A DNA stretch of 64,000 nucleotides, from contig MGFG01000020.1 in assembly GCA_001791745.1 (NCBI GenBank), positions 10,712 to 74,711 of the forward strand, in the 5' to 3' direction. A model generated the notes under the pieces. That model was not told where the DNA came from. It ran no database searches and saw only the letters and a program-made list of their open reading frames with translations. This stretch comes from Candidatus Uhrbacteria bacterium RIFOXYC2_FULL_47_19. Its GTDB lineage: Bacteria > Patescibacteriota > Patescibacteriia > SG8-24. Below, piece by piece: positions 38,549 through 49,877 of this stretch (within the stretch, counting starts at the first letter, position 1; each line of letters opens with the position of its first letter). A program made the position numbers and the translations under genes.

Positions 38549-40120
38549 TTAATTAGAAGTCTGGGACATTTTTTGTTCTGCGACTTCTTCATTATTGGTA
38601 GTCCGTCTACTGTTACCAGGTGGTATTTGTCCCGGGCTTGGTGATGGCATGACTACGGGTATTGGTGTAGTGGCCATGACGACTTGAGGAGGGGGCGGAG
38701 ATTGGACAGTGATTTGTGCTGGTGGATTGTGTATTGGCAGAGCATAGTCATTGCCAGAGAATTTTTTGTCCAGATCACGGAAGCTGACTCGAGCTTCATC
38801 AAAAAACATTTTGATTACTCCAGTTGGACCATTACGATGTTTGGCTATGTGTATTTCGGCTAGGTATCGTTCGTCTAGTGGTATCTCTTCAGTTCGATAA
38901 TTTTTATCAGCGGCTTTGCGATAAATGAAGATAACCACGTCAGCATCCTGTTCAATCGATCCGGAGTCGCGTAGGTGCGACAGTTTAGGGATGGCAGGTT
39001 TAGATTGCTCAGTTATGCGTGATAGCTGAGAGAGGGCGACAACTGGGATGTTTAATTCACGAGCAATTCCTTTGAGTGCCCTAGTTATTTCAGCAACTTC
39101 TTGGGTGCGATTGCCGTCCGAATTTCGACCACGTGATTCCATTAACTGTAGGTAGTCGATCACCAACAAACCTAGCCCGTGTTCGATTTGGAGTCGACGA
39201 GCCTTGGTCCGTATTTCCATGACATTAATACTGGCTGTATCATCGATGAAAATCGGTGCTTCGGATAGATTACCGAGAGCATTACCAATACGTGAGAAGT
39301 CACCTTGGTCGTCAGAGTCGTTAAGTTGCCCACGACGCATACGCCAAAGATCTACACCAGCCTCAGCACAGATCATACGGTCGACTAGTTGTTCCTTGGA
39401 CATTTCAAGCGAGAAGATACCGACTGGTACCTTAGCACGGACCGCTGCTTGGCGCGCAATGTCTAAAGCGAAACTGGTTTTACCTACTGATGGTCGAGCA
39501 GCAAGGACAATTAGGTCCGAACGTTGCAGTCCACCTAGTAGTCCGTCGAGGTCGCGGTAGCCAGTGGTAATACCACGCAGTTTACCTCGTTCGCGGTGCA
39601 ACTCGTCAATACGCTCAAACGCTTCGGACAGTGCATCCTTCAATGGAGTGAAGTTGGTTTTGAGATACTTTTGTGAGACACCAAACAAAGTCTGTTCCGC
39701 CGAGTCGAGTAGTTTGTCTACATCTTCGACATCTTCAAAAGCCGAGGTTGTAATTTCACTGGCCGCAGTTAGCAAACGACGTAGAGTGGCTTTTTTTTGA
39801 ATGATGGCGGCGTAGTGATTAATGTGTGCAGCCGATGGTACTAAAGTTGTTAGTTCTGTTAGATAGGTTCGTCCTCCAATCGACTCCAGTCGAGTCATTT
39901 CTTCAAGACGATTGGTTAACGACAATAGATCAATCGGTTCTCGTTTTGCGTGTAGATCGAGAATAGCACGGAAGATGTCAACATGACTCTGCTTATAGAA
40001 ATCTTCTGGCCGGACTGAGTCGGCAATTCTAAGAATAGAATCGCGGTCAATAAGTAACGCACCCAAAAATGATTGTTCGGCCTCCAGATTTTGTGGTGGG
40101 ATTCTTTCAGCTTGAGACAT
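38549..40120 (-). CDS. dnaB: replicative DNA helicase DnaB with Pro-rich C-terminal tail
   Basis: PPQNLEAEQS, AARPSVGKT, FSLEMS, IDYLQL, LSQLSR, LRDSGSIEQDAD and KHRNGPTG. Confidence 0.97.
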   Translation of the reverse strand: MSQAERIPPQNLEAEQSFLGALLIDRDSILRIADSVRPEDFYKQSHVDIFRAILDLHAKREPIDLLSLTNRLEEMTRLESIGGRTYLTELTTLVPSAAHINHYAAIIQKKATLRRLLTAASEITTSAFEDVEDVDKLLDSAEQTLFGVSQKYLKTNFTPLKDALSEAFERIDELHRERGKLRGITTGYRDLDGLLGGLQRSDLIVLAARPSVGKTSFALDIARQAAVRAKVPVGIFSLEMSKEQLVDRMICAEAGVDLWRMRRGQLNDSDDQGDFSRIGNALGNLSEAPIFIDDTASINVMEIRTKARRLQIEHGLGLLVIDYLQLMESRGRNSDGNRTQEVAEITRALKGIARELNIPVVALSQLSRITEQSKPAIPKLSHLRDSGSIEQDADVVIFIYRKAADKNYRTEEIPLDERYLAEIHIAKHRNGPTGVIKMFFDEARVSFRDLDKKFSGNDYALPIHNPPAQITVQSPPPPQVVMATTPIPVVMPSPSPGQIPPGNSRRTTNNEEVAEQKMSQTSN

Positions 40121-40373
40121 AAGCAACAGAGAGTAGTGGGGTGATTTTCGCGACGTTTAGCCTATCCATAGTAGGCCGGACAGAAACTGGTAGCAAATCC
40201 ATCTTGGGGAGTTTCTGTGGGTCTTTTTTCCACTTTTGGTGAATAAGAGCCCAACTTAAGCCGGGACAAGAGGGTTCGATTGGTGGGATTGTTATCGATT
40301 GAAATTGAAACTTTTGAAGTTTATCCCATGGTTTGGGTTTCAGTGCGAGCGCAAAGCAGATATAATTTCAGAC

Positions 40374-41531
40374 ATGAAACACAAAGGAGGTAATCATCAG
40401 GTGTTAATGGCAGCCGTCACTTTAGTCGGAACGACTATTGGTGTCGGTATTTTTGGTATACCTTACGCTATCAGCCAAGTTGGGATTGGTTTGGCTTTAG
40501 TCTACTTTTTAGTTTTGGGTGGAATTCAGTTATTGCAATCGCTCTTTTATGCCGAAGCGGTCATGGCTTCTTCAGAGGAATTACGGTTGGTTGGTTTGGC
40601 TGGAAAGTTTTTTGGTCGGCATGTTCGCAGTGTTGCAGCAGTGGTATCGATTTTGGGTTTTTGGGGCGGACTAATTGCTTATATATTGGTTGGTGGAGTT
40701 TTTTTACATCTACTATTATCGCCTTGGTTAGGTGGAGCACTACTCCATTATCAGATTTTTTGGGGATTGGTTGGTGCAGTAGTCGTTTATTTTGGACTGG
40801 GTTTCATTGAGAAAGTTGATTTTTGGTTTACTGTTGCGTTGGTGATGGCGCTACTAGTCATAGTTAGCGTGGCTGGAGCACGAATCGAACCAGCTAATCT
40901 CGTAGCTTTAGTTCCGAGTGGTGATTTATTCCTACCATACGGTGTGATTCTGTTTTCTCTCTCTGGTATGTCAGCGATTCCAGAGATGAAGGATTTTATG
41001 GAAGGACGCAAACGGGGGTTTCGAAAGGCGATTGTTGTTGGTATGCTGGTGGCTATTTTTCTAACTTTATTGTTTGGTCTTGTGGTTTACGGTGTTACTG
41101 GACCAGGAACGACAAAGGATGCACTCGATGGATTAAATTTGGTTTTGGGTGGTGGTGTGGCTAGATTTGGAGCAATGTTTGGCTTTTTAGCTGTGGCAAC
41201 ATCATATTTTATGATCGGTCTGACCCTACGCTCGACCTTCGAATATGATTATCGACTACGGCGGACGTTGGCTTGGTTTTTGGCAGTAATGGTTCCTCTG
41301 GCGATAGTGATTTTAGGAGTTGATGATTTTATTTCAATTATTAGCTTTACTGGAGCGGTGTTTGGTGGTGTAACTGCAGTGATTATCGCTATGTTGTATG
41401 TGACTGTAACTAAACGTGGTTTATTGAAAAGCAGACGATTGGGTGTTAGTCGGATTTGGGCCTACATTAGTATTGTTGTGTTGTTATTAGGAGCTGGCTA
41501 TGAGACCTTAACCACATTATTGCGGTGGTAA
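40374..41531 (+). CDS. aromatic amino acid permease family transporter
   Basis: GTTIGVGIFGIPY motif; about 11 TM helices. Confidence 0.85.
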   Translation: MKHKGGNHQVLMAAVTLVGTTIGVGIFGIPYAISQVGIGLALVYFLVLGGIQLLQSLFYAEAVMASSEELRLVGLAGKFFGRHVRSVAAVVSILGFWGGLIAYILVGGVFLHLLLSPWLGGALLHYQIFWGLVGAVVVYFGLGFIEKVDFWFTVALVMALLVIVSVAGARIEPANLVALVPSGDLFLPYGVILFSLSGMSAIPEMKDFMEGRKRGFRKAIVVGMLVAIFLTLLFGLVVYGVTGPGTTKDALDGLNLVLGGGVARFGAMFGFLAVATSYFMIGLTLRSTFEYDYRLRRTLAWFLAVMVPLAIVILGVDDFISIISFTGAVFGGVTAVIIAMLYVTVTKRGLLKSRRLGVSRIWAYISIVVLLLGAGYETLTTLLRW

Positions 41532-41551
41532 TATCGAGTTTTTAGAAAAAG

Positions 41552-41577
41552 AAAAAACTCCCTTGTGGGAGTTTTTT
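41552..41577. terminator. bidirectional terminator
   Basis: A6-CTCCC-TTGT-GGGAG-T6. Confidence 0.75.
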
Positions 41578-41605
41578 GAAAATCTTCAAATTGGAAAACT
41601 TTCTA

Positions 41606-41740
41606 CTAGGCTGCTGTTTCTTCAGTTGGGGTTTCTGGCTGGCTCTCTTCCGTTGCGGGAGCCTGACCCTCGGTAGCGGTTTCCTCGATCTTTTCTTCTC
41701 CGTCTTGTGGCTGAACGGCTTCTGTTGCTTCTTCTGACAT
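41606..41740 (-). CDS. 44-aa very acidic peptide (not in the ORF track)
   Basis: MSEEATEAVQPQDGEEKIEETATEGQAPATEESQPETPTEETAA*; ends just before a terminator. Confidence 0.6.
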   Translation of the reverse strand: MSEEATEAVQPQDGEEKIEETATEGQAPATEESQPETPTEETAA

Positions 41741-41876
41741 AACTTTTTCGTTAGTCTGAGTTAATCGGTATCGGTTTATTCTTAATGGAGATTTTTGTTA
41801 AGCCGATGATGTTATTCTTTTTCTTCTTAAGAAAGAAAAACGGGGGAGTAACCCCCGAAAGTTCTTTGAGAATGAC

Positions 41877-42266
41877 TTATGCAGCCTGTTGTCTCGGTTT
41901 CTTTTTCGGCTTAGCGTCGATCTGCGGATGTCTCATTTCTCCGCATTTGGTGCAAAGTTTCATGAGTGATCCACAAAAGTCGCTTATAGTGTGAGAAGTT
42001 TGTTCTTCACACCAGCGACAATAGATGATCTGGTTCGGTCTTTCGGGAGGCTCTATTTCCCGAAGCCGACTCCTTTCTTCTTTGGGGCGCTTTGGATTGT
42101 AGTGCTTTCCAATGAGTAACTTCTCTTCGGCACGGCGTTGTCTCCTCAACCTCCTTTTTTGGAGACGTGATTGTCGCCGATGCTTTCTCCTCTCGAGAAG
42201 TTCTTCTTCGGAAGGCTTTTTACCAGAGCTTTTCCCCTTGAGACGCCCAGATTTTTGTTTTGCCAT
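41877..42266 (-). CDS. basic protein with C-terminal zinc ribbon
   Basis: AAGGAGG RBS; Arg/Lys-rich N-terminal half; CRWC...CTKC. Confidence 0.7.
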   Translation of the reverse strand: MAKQKSGRLKGKSSGKKPSEEELLERRKHRRQSRLQKRRLRRQRRAEEKLLIGKHYNPKRPKEERSRLREIEPPERPNQIIYCRWCEEQTSHTISDFCGSLMKLCTKCGEMRHPQIDAKPKKKPRQQAA

Positions 42267-42335
42267 CCTGCCTCCTTGGTCTAAAGAACTACCTCTAATA
42301 TGAATGCGGTGATTTGGTGGTCACCACCGATGTTT

Positions 42336-43193
42336 TTAGGTATTTGTGTTTTTGTTGGTTGGTAGGTCTTTTGCTAGACGCACAACGTTTCGAAGTAACA
42401 TGGCGACAGTAACTGGTCCGACACCACCAGGTACTGGGGTGATCCAATTGGCCACTTTACTTGCTGACTCGAAATCGACATCGCCGAGTATTCGACCATT
42501 AAGGCGTGTCGTACCAACATCGATAATCGTCACACCAGGCTTTAGCATTTGTCCGTTTATTAATCCCGGTCGGCCAACAGCTGTGATAAGTAGATCTGCT
42601 CGTTCGATCGTTGGTATCAAGTTGGTGGAGTCACTACCTACGGTTTTTATCTTCGCGCCCTGACGCTCTAGAAACAGTTCAAGCGGACGTGAGAAGACTC
42701 CGCTATTGGAGACAATAACGACTCTTTTTTCTTTCAATTCTAGTCCGGTTTCATCGAAGAGTCGTTTAAGCCCCTCGATTAGTCCAGGTAGTCGGCAGTT
42801 GGGATCTTGGAATATACGTTTGATTAGTTCAGGGTGAAATCCATCAACATCTTTGTTCGGATCGATCGTTCGAACGATTAGTTCAGTCTCTAATCCCTTG
42901 GGTAGTGGTAGTTGAACTACAATGCCGTGGATATCCTCGCGTTCGTTCAGTTCGATCACAGTCCGTACGACTTGATCTTCGCTAGCATCTTTAGGAAAGA
43001 GGAATGATTCGAAATGTACGCCGATTTTTTCGGCAGTCTCCTTTTTTTTGCGGACATAAATTTTGGAGGCTGGATCGTCTCCAACCAGAATGACCCCTAA
43101 TCCAGGGGTCGATTCAAGTGTTTTTATTTCCGAGCGTGTTTCGGCCAGTATTTTTTCAGCTACGGCTCGACCATCAATAATTTTAGCGGTCAT
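42336..43193 (-). CDS. folD: methylenetetrahydrofolate dehydrogenase/cyclohydrolase
   Basis: [33 protein letters not shown] and [12 protein letters not shown]. Confidence 0.95.
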   Translation of the reverse strand: MTAKIIDGRAVAEKILAETRSEIKTLESTPGLGVILVGDDPASKIYVRKKKETAEKIGVHFESFLFPKDASEDQVVRTVIELNEREDIHGIVVQLPLPKGLETELIVRTIDPNKDVDGFHPELIKRIFQDPNCRLPGLIEGLKRLFDETGLELKEKRVVIVSNSGVFSRPLELFLERQGAKIKTVGSDSTNLIPTIERADLLITAVGRPGLINGQMLKPGVTIIDVGTTRLNGRILGDVDFESASKVANWITPVPGGVGPVTVAMLLRNVVRLAKDLPTNKNTNT

Positions 43194-44472
43194 GATTATA
43201 GTCGAGGTTTGCGTAAAGCGGAAAAGCCTCAGTTAATTGACGAACCTCGGAGCGAATACGATTAAGTTCACTTTCGTTATTTGCCTTTAATGTTTGAGCA
43301 ATAAGTGAGGCAACTCGCCGCATTTCTGGCTCACATAATCCGCGAGTAGTCAGAACAGGTGTTCCTAGCCGTAATCCTGATGGATCAGTCGGTTTACGCT
43401 CATCGAAAGGGATTAAGTTTTTGTTGGAATGAATGCCGACATTATCTAGTTTGGTTGACGCTTCTTGTCCAAAAATACCGACTGGTGTTAGGTCGACGAG
43501 TACTAGATGATTATCCGTTCCGCCCGAGACCACTCGTAATCCTTCCTCGATTAATGCAGAGGAGAGTTCTTTAGCGTTCGCAATTACTTGGTGTTGGTAT
43601 TTAATGAAGTCGGAATGCAACGCTTCGCCGAAGGCTACAGCTTTAGCCGCAATAACGTGCATTAATGGGCCGCCTTGTATGCCAGGGAAGACCGCCGAAT
43701 CGATTCGTTGAGCCAGATTCTTTTTGTTGTTAGGACGCAACCGGTCTTCTGTTCGGCAAAGAATTAGTCCACCACGTGGACCGCGTAGAGTTTTGTGAGT
43801 GGTCGAGGTTACAACATCAGCTACAGCGATTGGGTCTGGATGCAACTTAGCTGCGATCAGTCCGGCAATATGCGCCATGTCGACCATTAAGTAGGCTCCG
43901 ACCTCATCAGCTATTTTTTTAAATTCAGCAAAGTCGATTGAACGTGGGTAGGCGGTAAAGCCGGCTAGGATAATTTTAGGACGTTCCTGTAGTGCCAGCT
44001 CTCGGATTTGATCTAGATCCAAAGTTTCGGTTTCTCGACTGACACCGTAGGGAATGAAAGAGTAGAGCTTACCAGAGAAATTAACTCGGCTACCGTGGGT
44101 CAGGTGTCCACCATGTGCTAGGTCCAGGGCCATGATTTTGTCACCGGGTTCAGCTAATGCAAAGTAGGCCGCCATGTTGGCTTGTGAACCGCAGTGTGGT
44201 TGGACGTTGGCATGTTCAGCACCAAAAAGATGCTTAGCACGTTCGATGGCTAGTGTTTCGGCAACATCAACATGCTCGTTACCGCCGTAGTAACGTTTGG
44301 CTGGGTAGCCCTCAGCGTACTTGTTGGTCAGTACTGTACCCAAGGTTTCGAGTACTGACTCAGAGACCGCGTTTTCGGAGGCGATCATCTCAAGTCCATT
44401 ACGCTGCCGATTCAACTCGGCGGATACTGCAGCGGCTACTTCTGGATCTTGTTGTCGTAGATGTTCAAGCAT
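43183..44472 (-). CDS. glyA: serine hydroxymethyltransferase
   Basis: [38 protein letters not shown] and GGTDNHL. Confidence 0.97.
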   Translation of the reverse strand: MLEHLRQQDPEVAAAVSAELNRQRNGLEMIASENAVSESVLETLGTVLTNKYAEGYPAKRYYGGNEHVDVAETLAIERAKHLFGAEHANVQPHCGSQANMAAYFALAEPGDKIMALDLAHGGHLTHGSRVNFSGKLYSFIPYGVSRETETLDLDQIRELALQERPKIILAGFTAYPRSIDFAEFKKIADEVGAYLMVDMAHIAGLIAAKLHPDPIAVADVVTSTTHKTLRGPRGGLILCRTEDRLRPNNKKNLAQRIDSAVFPGIQGGPLMHVIAAKAVAFGEALHSDFIKYQHQVIANAKELSSALIEEGLRVVSGGTDNHLVLVDLTPVGIFGQEASTKLDNVGIHSNKNLIPFDERKPTDPSGLRLGTPVLTTRGLCEPEMRRVASLIAQTLKANNESELNRIRSEVRQLTEAFPLYANLDYNHDR

Positions 44473-44585
44473 AGGTCGGTAAAACTCTAGCACGCGTTTG
44501 ATGACATTTGAAGAAGATAAGTAGCTTTTTATGTTTGCCTTAATTAAGAAGGACAAATTGAAGGTCTTTTGAACTTTATGAGCAG

Positions 44586-46232
44586 TTAGTTGAGATCAAG
44601 TTTTTTAATCATGTAAGTACCATGACGTCGGTAACCAAGTTTACGATAGTAGGCTCGTACACCAATACCAGAAATGACCGCCATTTTTTTGAAGCCAGCT
44701 TCACGAGCTAGTTTTTCGGCTTGGTTCATTAACTGACGTCCATGACCGCGATGTTGGGCGGATCCCGAACTGTGATTATCAATCGGCACTAGGTGACCGT
44801 AGGTATGAAGTTCACGTAGTAGGGCAGCATCACGAATTTCAGTTGGTAAATTTTGTGGGTCAGTGATTCCTCTAGGGAGACGCAAACGACAGAAGGCAAA
44901 AACTGCTCGGCGTTTGGGGTCTTCGAATGATAAAAAATGTTCAGTTCCACCCGATGCTTCATAGATTTCATCAAAGAGCTTTGGTTTGATTGATAGGATA
45001 TCGGGATTAGTTTGAGCGACCCGTCCAACCTCACGACAGCGCAGGCAACGACAGGATAATCCACGTGCCTTCATCTCTTTTTCGATGTTTTGTCGCAGAC
45101 TGGTAATAGAATTACCAGCCATGATTGATGACGATGGAATGTCACGAATAACACGTGAGACACGACAGTATAGTGGTAGTTCTTTTTTGATTGCAATGAG
45201 TGTCTCGAGTAGCCCGGCATCTGAGTAAGGTCGATAGCGTCCGGATTTCCACCAGTTGTATAGTTCGGCGGTTTCGAGCACAGCGCAGGGGTAAATTTTA
45301 ATCATGTCCGGTCGGTAGTCCGAGTTATCGAAAATTTCTTGTAACATTTTGGTGTCTGATTTTGGTGTAGCTCCGGGTAGTTGAGGCATTAGATGATAGT
45401 CGACTTTGAAGCCGGCATTTTTTAGTAGCGCAGTAGCTTGAATCACGGCCGATGAGTCATGATCACGGTGACAGTTAGTCAAAATTTTATCATTGATAGT
45501 TTGTACACCTAATTCGATGCGTGTACAGCCCAACTCTCGCAGTCGGGCAATTTCTAGTGAATTAATGAAGTCGGGTCGAGTTTCGAGGGTTAAGCCGACA
45601 ATACGTTGAGTAGCCGACTCGTTACGAAGTTGTGATGTAGATAAATTGAATGATGCTTTATGACGATGCGCTGTGAAGTCATTGCAGGCATCAAAACAAC
45701 GACGAATGAATTCGCATCGATAGTCCCAACGATAGGCCGACCAGGTGCCACCTTTGACGATCAGTTCGATTTTGTCAGTCGGATGACCGTTATTTGTTAG
45801 AGCTTGTAATCGACCGATTACTTGGTGATAAGGATCGAACTTGTAGGTAAGTGCTCGCATGGCGGCCGGCTCGTTTGATAGATAGCTCTTCGGCATTCGA
45901 GCTTCAGAAGGACAATAGACGCAGCGACCAGGGCAAGGATAGGGCTTGGTTAGTACGGTTATTATCGCTACGCCAGAGAGTGATCTAATACGAGCTTTGA
46001 TTAGTAGACGCTCAAATAACGGATCGGCTAGATCAGGGTGAGTGGTGATCAATTCACGATAGACGGAAAGTAGTTTGCGAATTGGTGGCTGGCTGAGGTG
46101 GTGTTGGGAAAAGGTCTGGCGTACTACAGCAAAAAGATCATCACGTGTCTGAACGTGGGATTTAAGGGCGGTGCGAATAGCAGTGCGGGTCAACGTGGTA
46201 GTGTTGGGCGCATCTTTTGGGAGGTCATTCAT
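44586..46232 (-). CDS. elp3: Elp3 radical SAM/GNAT tRNA U34 modification enzyme
   Basis: [43 protein letters not shown] and QHRGHG...[15 protein letters not shown]. Confidence 0.93.
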   Translation of the reverse strand: MNDLPKDAPNTTTLTRTAIRTALKSHVQTRDDLFAVVRQTFSQHHLSQPPIRKLLSVYRELITTHPDLADPLFERLLIKARIRSLSGVAIITVLTKPYPCPGRCVYCPSEARMPKSYLSNEPAAMRALTYKFDPYHQVIGRLQALTNNGHPTDKIELIVKGGTWSAYRWDYRCEFIRRCFDACNDFTAHRHKASFNLSTSQLRNESATQRIVGLTLETRPDFINSLEIARLRELGCTRIELGVQTINDKILTNCHRDHDSSAVIQATALLKNAGFKVDYHLMPQLPGATPKSDTKMLQEIFDNSDYRPDMIKIYPCAVLETAELYNWWKSGRYRPYSDAGLLETLIAIKKELPLYCRVSRVIRDIPSSSIMAGNSITSLRQNIEKEMKARGLSCRCLRCREVGRVAQTNPDILSIKPKLFDEIYEASGGTEHFLSFEDPKRRAVFAFCRLRLPRGITDPQNLPTEIRDAALLRELHTYGHLVPIDNHSSGSAQHRGHGRQLMNQAEKLAREAGFKKMAVISGIGVRAYYRKLGYRRHGTYMIKKLDLN

Positions 46233-46378
46233 AATGTCCGTCTTAAGACGGAAGATTAGCATCAGGGTTCTCGTCAAGCAATTGGACTGGTAGAAATAGG
46301 AGGCTTGACGCTAGCCTTAAGTTCTGCTTAAATTAATAGGTTGTCTGTACGTTTGTTGGCAGACACAGGAGGAGAGGG

Positions 46379-47335
46379 ATGGAGTACAACGAAGAGAGAC
46401 GACTTATAGTTGCTTTTCGTAATGGACTCGGGAGCGTCCTGTCGCACTGGAGGGAGTGTGGAGAGAATTCGGTCGGCGCCTACGGAAAATGTGTGGCCTA
46501 CTTGCACTCCTTCAGTCAGATGGCTGCCAAAGTGCGTTATAATGGCGGACGGTCGTTCATGGCCGGTTTGATCATTGAGCAGCTACTTATCGATTCTGTG
46601 CCACGACAGGTGCAAAGTCTGGTTCTGACAGCATTGGCACGGTGGGAACATGATGCCAACCCAGAAATTTCAGGGCTCCTGAAAGGTAAGACTGTTTCCT
46701 GGTTCGGGCGGGTGCTTGAGCTAGTGGCTGAGAGTCGAGCGGTAGCCTGTGTTTGTTGGTTCGAGGATATGGGCCGAGGAATTCTCATAGAGAATGACCA
46801 GGTCCGTTGTTGGATTCTGCCACCGCAACCGATTCGTATGTTACGCGGACTACTATTCGGTACTAAGCCGGGCAGTGATGGTATGGTCCGATTCTGGCAG
46901 CTGGCCGCCAGGTCGACAAGTTTTCCAGAGAAAATTTTCACCGATCCGGGTGACCATGACCGGCATATTTGCTACTTGACCGAGCAACATGTTAGACAGC
47001 TGGCAGCGTTCTTTTCTATCGCTCCAGAAGAGGCTGTCTGTCGATTCGGTAAGGTGTTGCAGACAATTGTTGAAAATATGACCTGCATCACCTACGTGCA
47101 GATCAGGAGTCAGGGTCGATTTTTTCAACGATCATTCTGCGACCATGAGGAGAATATTTCTTCGGACATGTTTCCAGAATTGACAAGGTCAGATCTGGCA
47201 AGAATGACCGAGGAAGATATCATCGTCTGGTCTATCGAAGTGCCGGATGAAAAACGACCACTTATTTTAAGGGCCATTCTGGCGTCAGTTGAGAGTGGTC
47301 GCCGTGAAGTAATTCGGAGAATCTTTTTTCACTAG
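46379..47335 (+). CDS. hypothetical protein
   Basis: AGGAGGAG RBS, TTGACG promoter-like site near 46306 and downstream terminator; no motif recognised. Confidence 0.7.
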   Translation: MEYNEERRLIVAFRNGLGSVLSHWRECGENSVGAYGKCVAYLHSFSQMAAKVRYNGGRSFMAGLIIEQLLIDSVPRQVQSLVLTALARWEHDANPEISGLLKGKTVSWFGRVLELVAESRAVACVCWFEDMGRGILIENDQVRCWILPPQPIRMLRGLLFGTKPGSDGMVRFWQLAARSTSFPEKIFTDPGDHDRHICYLTEQHVRQLAAFFSIAPEEAVCRFGKVLQTIVENMTCITYVQIRSQGRFFQRSFCDHEENISSDMFPELTRSDLARMTEEDIIVWSIEVPDEKRPLILRAILASVESGRREVIRRIFFH

Positions 47336-47376
47336 TTGACTAAGGGTCGACAAAAAGGCAAAACATTTCTTTCAAT

Positions 47377-47409
47377 CGAGGTGCTATCTGCAGCACCTCG
47401 TCTTTTTTT
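47377..47409 (+). terminator. intrinsic terminator
   Basis: CGAGGTGCT...AGCACCTCG plus T run. Confidence 0.75.
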
Positions 47410-47477
47410 GTTCGTATTTTTGTATGTTAGACAAGTTACGGTTTCATTTTGTTGGATTCGTGGCATAATTTGTCTAT

Positions 47478-48884
47478 ATGGATTGGCTTAAAGAAGTCAA
47501 AAGAGCTCACATCATCGGTATTGGTGGAATTGGCGTGTCAGCAGTGGCCCGTCTACTTTTGTCTTCAGGGGTTGAAGTTAGTGGTTCTGACTTTGCTGAG
47601 AGTGGTGTAGTTGAAGTGTTACGTCGTGTCGGAGCAAAAGTAACAATTGGTCATGACGCAGCTAATTTGCCAGCTGATGTTGACTTGGTGGTACGTACGA
47701 GTGCTGTGCCGGATGATAATCCAGAGTTGGTCGAAGCTCGTCGACGTAATATACGTAACCTGACTTATTTTGAGTTTCTTGGTCAGTATGCGGACGGTAA
47801 ACGAACTGTGGCTGTGGCTGGTACTAATGGTAAGAGTACAACTACAGCCATGTTGGGATTGATTTTGATTGAGGCAGGTTTCGATCCAACTGTGATTGTC
47901 GGCACTAAAGTTCCTTCGTTTGATGGTGGGAATTTGCGATTGGGTGGTAGTAATCTTTTGGTGGTAGAGGCCTGCGAGCATCAGGCACATTTGTTGGTTT
48001 TTCGACCAGCAGCAGCGGTTGTTACCAACGTTGAAGAGGATCATCTTGACTATTACACCGACCGTCAGCACATCATGGATACCTTTGAGCAGTTTTTGAG
48101 TCAGATTCGGCCAGAAGGTTTTGTTGTGTTGAACGCTAATGATTCAGATGGTGCTGGGGCACTACAGTGTAGTGGTCGAAGTTTACGTTTTGGTTCTGGT
48201 GAAGAAGCTGACTATCGACTTGGAGAGATTATGGTCGGGGATGGGGTTCAAAGTTTTCATCTATATAAAAGTGAACAGGATTTGGGTGAGATTGAGTTGC
48301 ATGTGCCCGGTCGATTTAATATCGAAAACGCTGCTGCTGCGGCAATTATGGCTTTGGAGCATGGTGCATCGTTCGAAATTGTTCGGAAGGCATTGTCTGA
48401 GTACAGCGGTATTTGGCGTCGATTTGAGGTAGTGGGGGAGCCATACGGTGGACCAGTGATCTCTGACTATGGTCATCATCCAGTTGCGGTTGAAGGAACC
48501 ATTGCAGCAGCACGTGAGTTTTATCCAGATCGTAAAATCGTATTAGTCTTTCAGCCTCATCATCGCAATCGAACTCGTAATCTTTTTGACCGCTTTGTGA
48601 AATCATTTGATGGTGCAGATTCAGTCGTATTGCTTGAGATTTATGATGTAATTGGACGAGAGGGAGACGAAGATGCAGACATTAGTTCGCGTAATTTAAT
48701 GGAGGCAGTGATTGAACATGATCATTCGCGTGGTATTGAACGACAGATTAGATATGCAGCCTCTCTTGAGGAGGGTTTTGCAGCTATTCATTCCGTGTTA
48801 GCACCAGGTGCAGTTACATTGGTCTTGGGGGCTGGTGATGTTGATCGATTAGCACGGCGACTGTCCGGAAAAGAAACTGACTGA
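47478..48884 (+). CDS. murC: UDP-N-acetylmuramate--L-alanine ligase
   Basis: HIIGIGGIGVS, AVAGTNGKSTT, VVEACE, NVEEDHLDYY, DYGHHP and VFQPHH. Confidence 0.96.
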   Translation: MDWLKEVKRAHIIGIGGIGVSAVARLLLSSGVEVSGSDFAESGVVEVLRRVGAKVTIGHDAANLPADVDLVVRTSAVPDDNPELVEARRRNIRNLTYFEFLGQYADGKRTVAVAGTNGKSTTTAMLGLILIEAGFDPTVIVGTKVPSFDGGNLRLGGSNLLVVEACEHQAHLLVFRPAAAVVTNVEEDHLDYYTDRQHIMDTFEQFLSQIRPEGFVVLNANDSDGAGALQCSGRSLRFGSGEEADYRLGEIMVGDGVQSFHLYKSEQDLGEIELHVPGRFNIENAAAAAIMALEHGASFEIVRKALSEYSGIWRRFEVVGEPYGGPVISDYGHHPVAVEGTIAAAREFYPDRKIVLVFQPHHRNRTRNLFDRFVKSFDGADSVVLLEIYDVIGREGDEDADISSRNLMEAVIEHDHSRGIERQIRYAASLEEGFAAIHSVLAPGAVTLVLGAGDVDRLARRLSGKETD

Positions 48885-48887
48885 TTT

Positions 48888-49877
48888 ATGTCAAACCAGA
48901 TTGAAGAATTGCACCGTCTTGTGTCGCCTGATATCACCATTGATGAGCCGTTAGCTTTGCACACTACATATCGGATTGGTGGTCCGGCTGATTTCTTTTT
49001 TGCTGCTCCGTCCGTTGCCCTGGTGACAGCGGCAGTTCAAGTCGCCCAAGAACTAAATTTGCCGTATTACATCTTAGGTGGAGGTTCAAACGTTTTAGTT
49101 TCAGATGATGGTTTTCGAGGGCTGGTAATAAAAATGATTAATCGTGGTATCGAGATTGATGGAAACAAAGTTAGGGTTGAGGCTGGTACGCCGACTTCTT
49201 TAGTAGCACTTCAATCAACCGAGGCTGGCATGACTGGATTTGAGTGGGCTATTGGTTTGCCTGGAACAATCGGTGGTGCCATTCGTGGTAATGCTGGTTG
49301 CTATGGTGGTTCAACCGGCGAGTCGATTGAGAGTGTCAGTTGTTTGCGTAATGGGCAATTGATTGAAATGCTTCAAGCAGAGTGTGAGTTCGGCTATCGT
49401 CAGAGTGTATTCAAGTCTGAACCAGGTTATGTAATTTTGTCTGCAGTTCTATTATTACGTACTGCAGATAATGCAACTAATGGTCAGGTTAGATTGAAAG
49501 AGATTTTGAATGATAAAAGATCGACTCAACCAACGGGACAGTCGACCGCTGGCTGCGTGTTTAAAAACTGGCACCCCGAATCACCTGAGGATTTGGACGA
49601 TTTACGTCGTTGGTTAGATCTTGATTCAGACGAGAAGGTTCCAGTAACAACTGATGGAACTGTTCCAGCCGGTTGGATTTTAGATCGAGCCCAATTGAAG
49701 GGGACTAAGGTCGGTCATGTTGGTATTTCCGATCGACATGCTAATTTTTTGGTCAATGATGGACAGGCAACTGCTGGAGAAGTGATTGAATTAATTGCTG
49801 TAGTTAAGTCGCGATTACGTAGTCAGACTCAAGGACGAGTTAATCTTCTGGAAGAAATCGAGTATGTCGGATTTTGA
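48888..49877 (+). CDS. murB: UDP-N-acetylenolpyruvoylglucosamine reductase
   Basis: HTTYRIGGPA, LGGGSNVL, GLPGTIGGAIRGNAG, AGCVFKN and HANFLVN. Confidence 0.96.
   Translation: MSNQIEELHRLVSPDITIDEPLALHTTYRIGGPADFFFAAPSVALVTAAVQVAQELNLPYYILGGGSNVLVSDDGFRGLVIKMINRGIEIDGNKVRVEAGTPTSLVALQSTEAGMTGFEWAIGLPGTIGGAIRGNAGCYGGSTGESIESVSCLRNGQLIEMLQAECEFGYRQSVFKSEPGYVILSAVLLLRTADNATNGQVRLKEILNDKRSTQPTGQSTAGCVFKNWHPESPEDLDDLRRWLDLDSDEKVPVTTDGTVPAGWILDRAQLKGTKVGHVGISDRHANFLVNDGQATAGEVIELIAVVKSRLRSQTQGRVNLLEEIEYVGF

Noticed and set aside
38549-40120. Intein in the long DnaB
   Set aside because: Helicase motifs are contiguous; the extra length is a C-terminal low-complexity tail without intein motifs.
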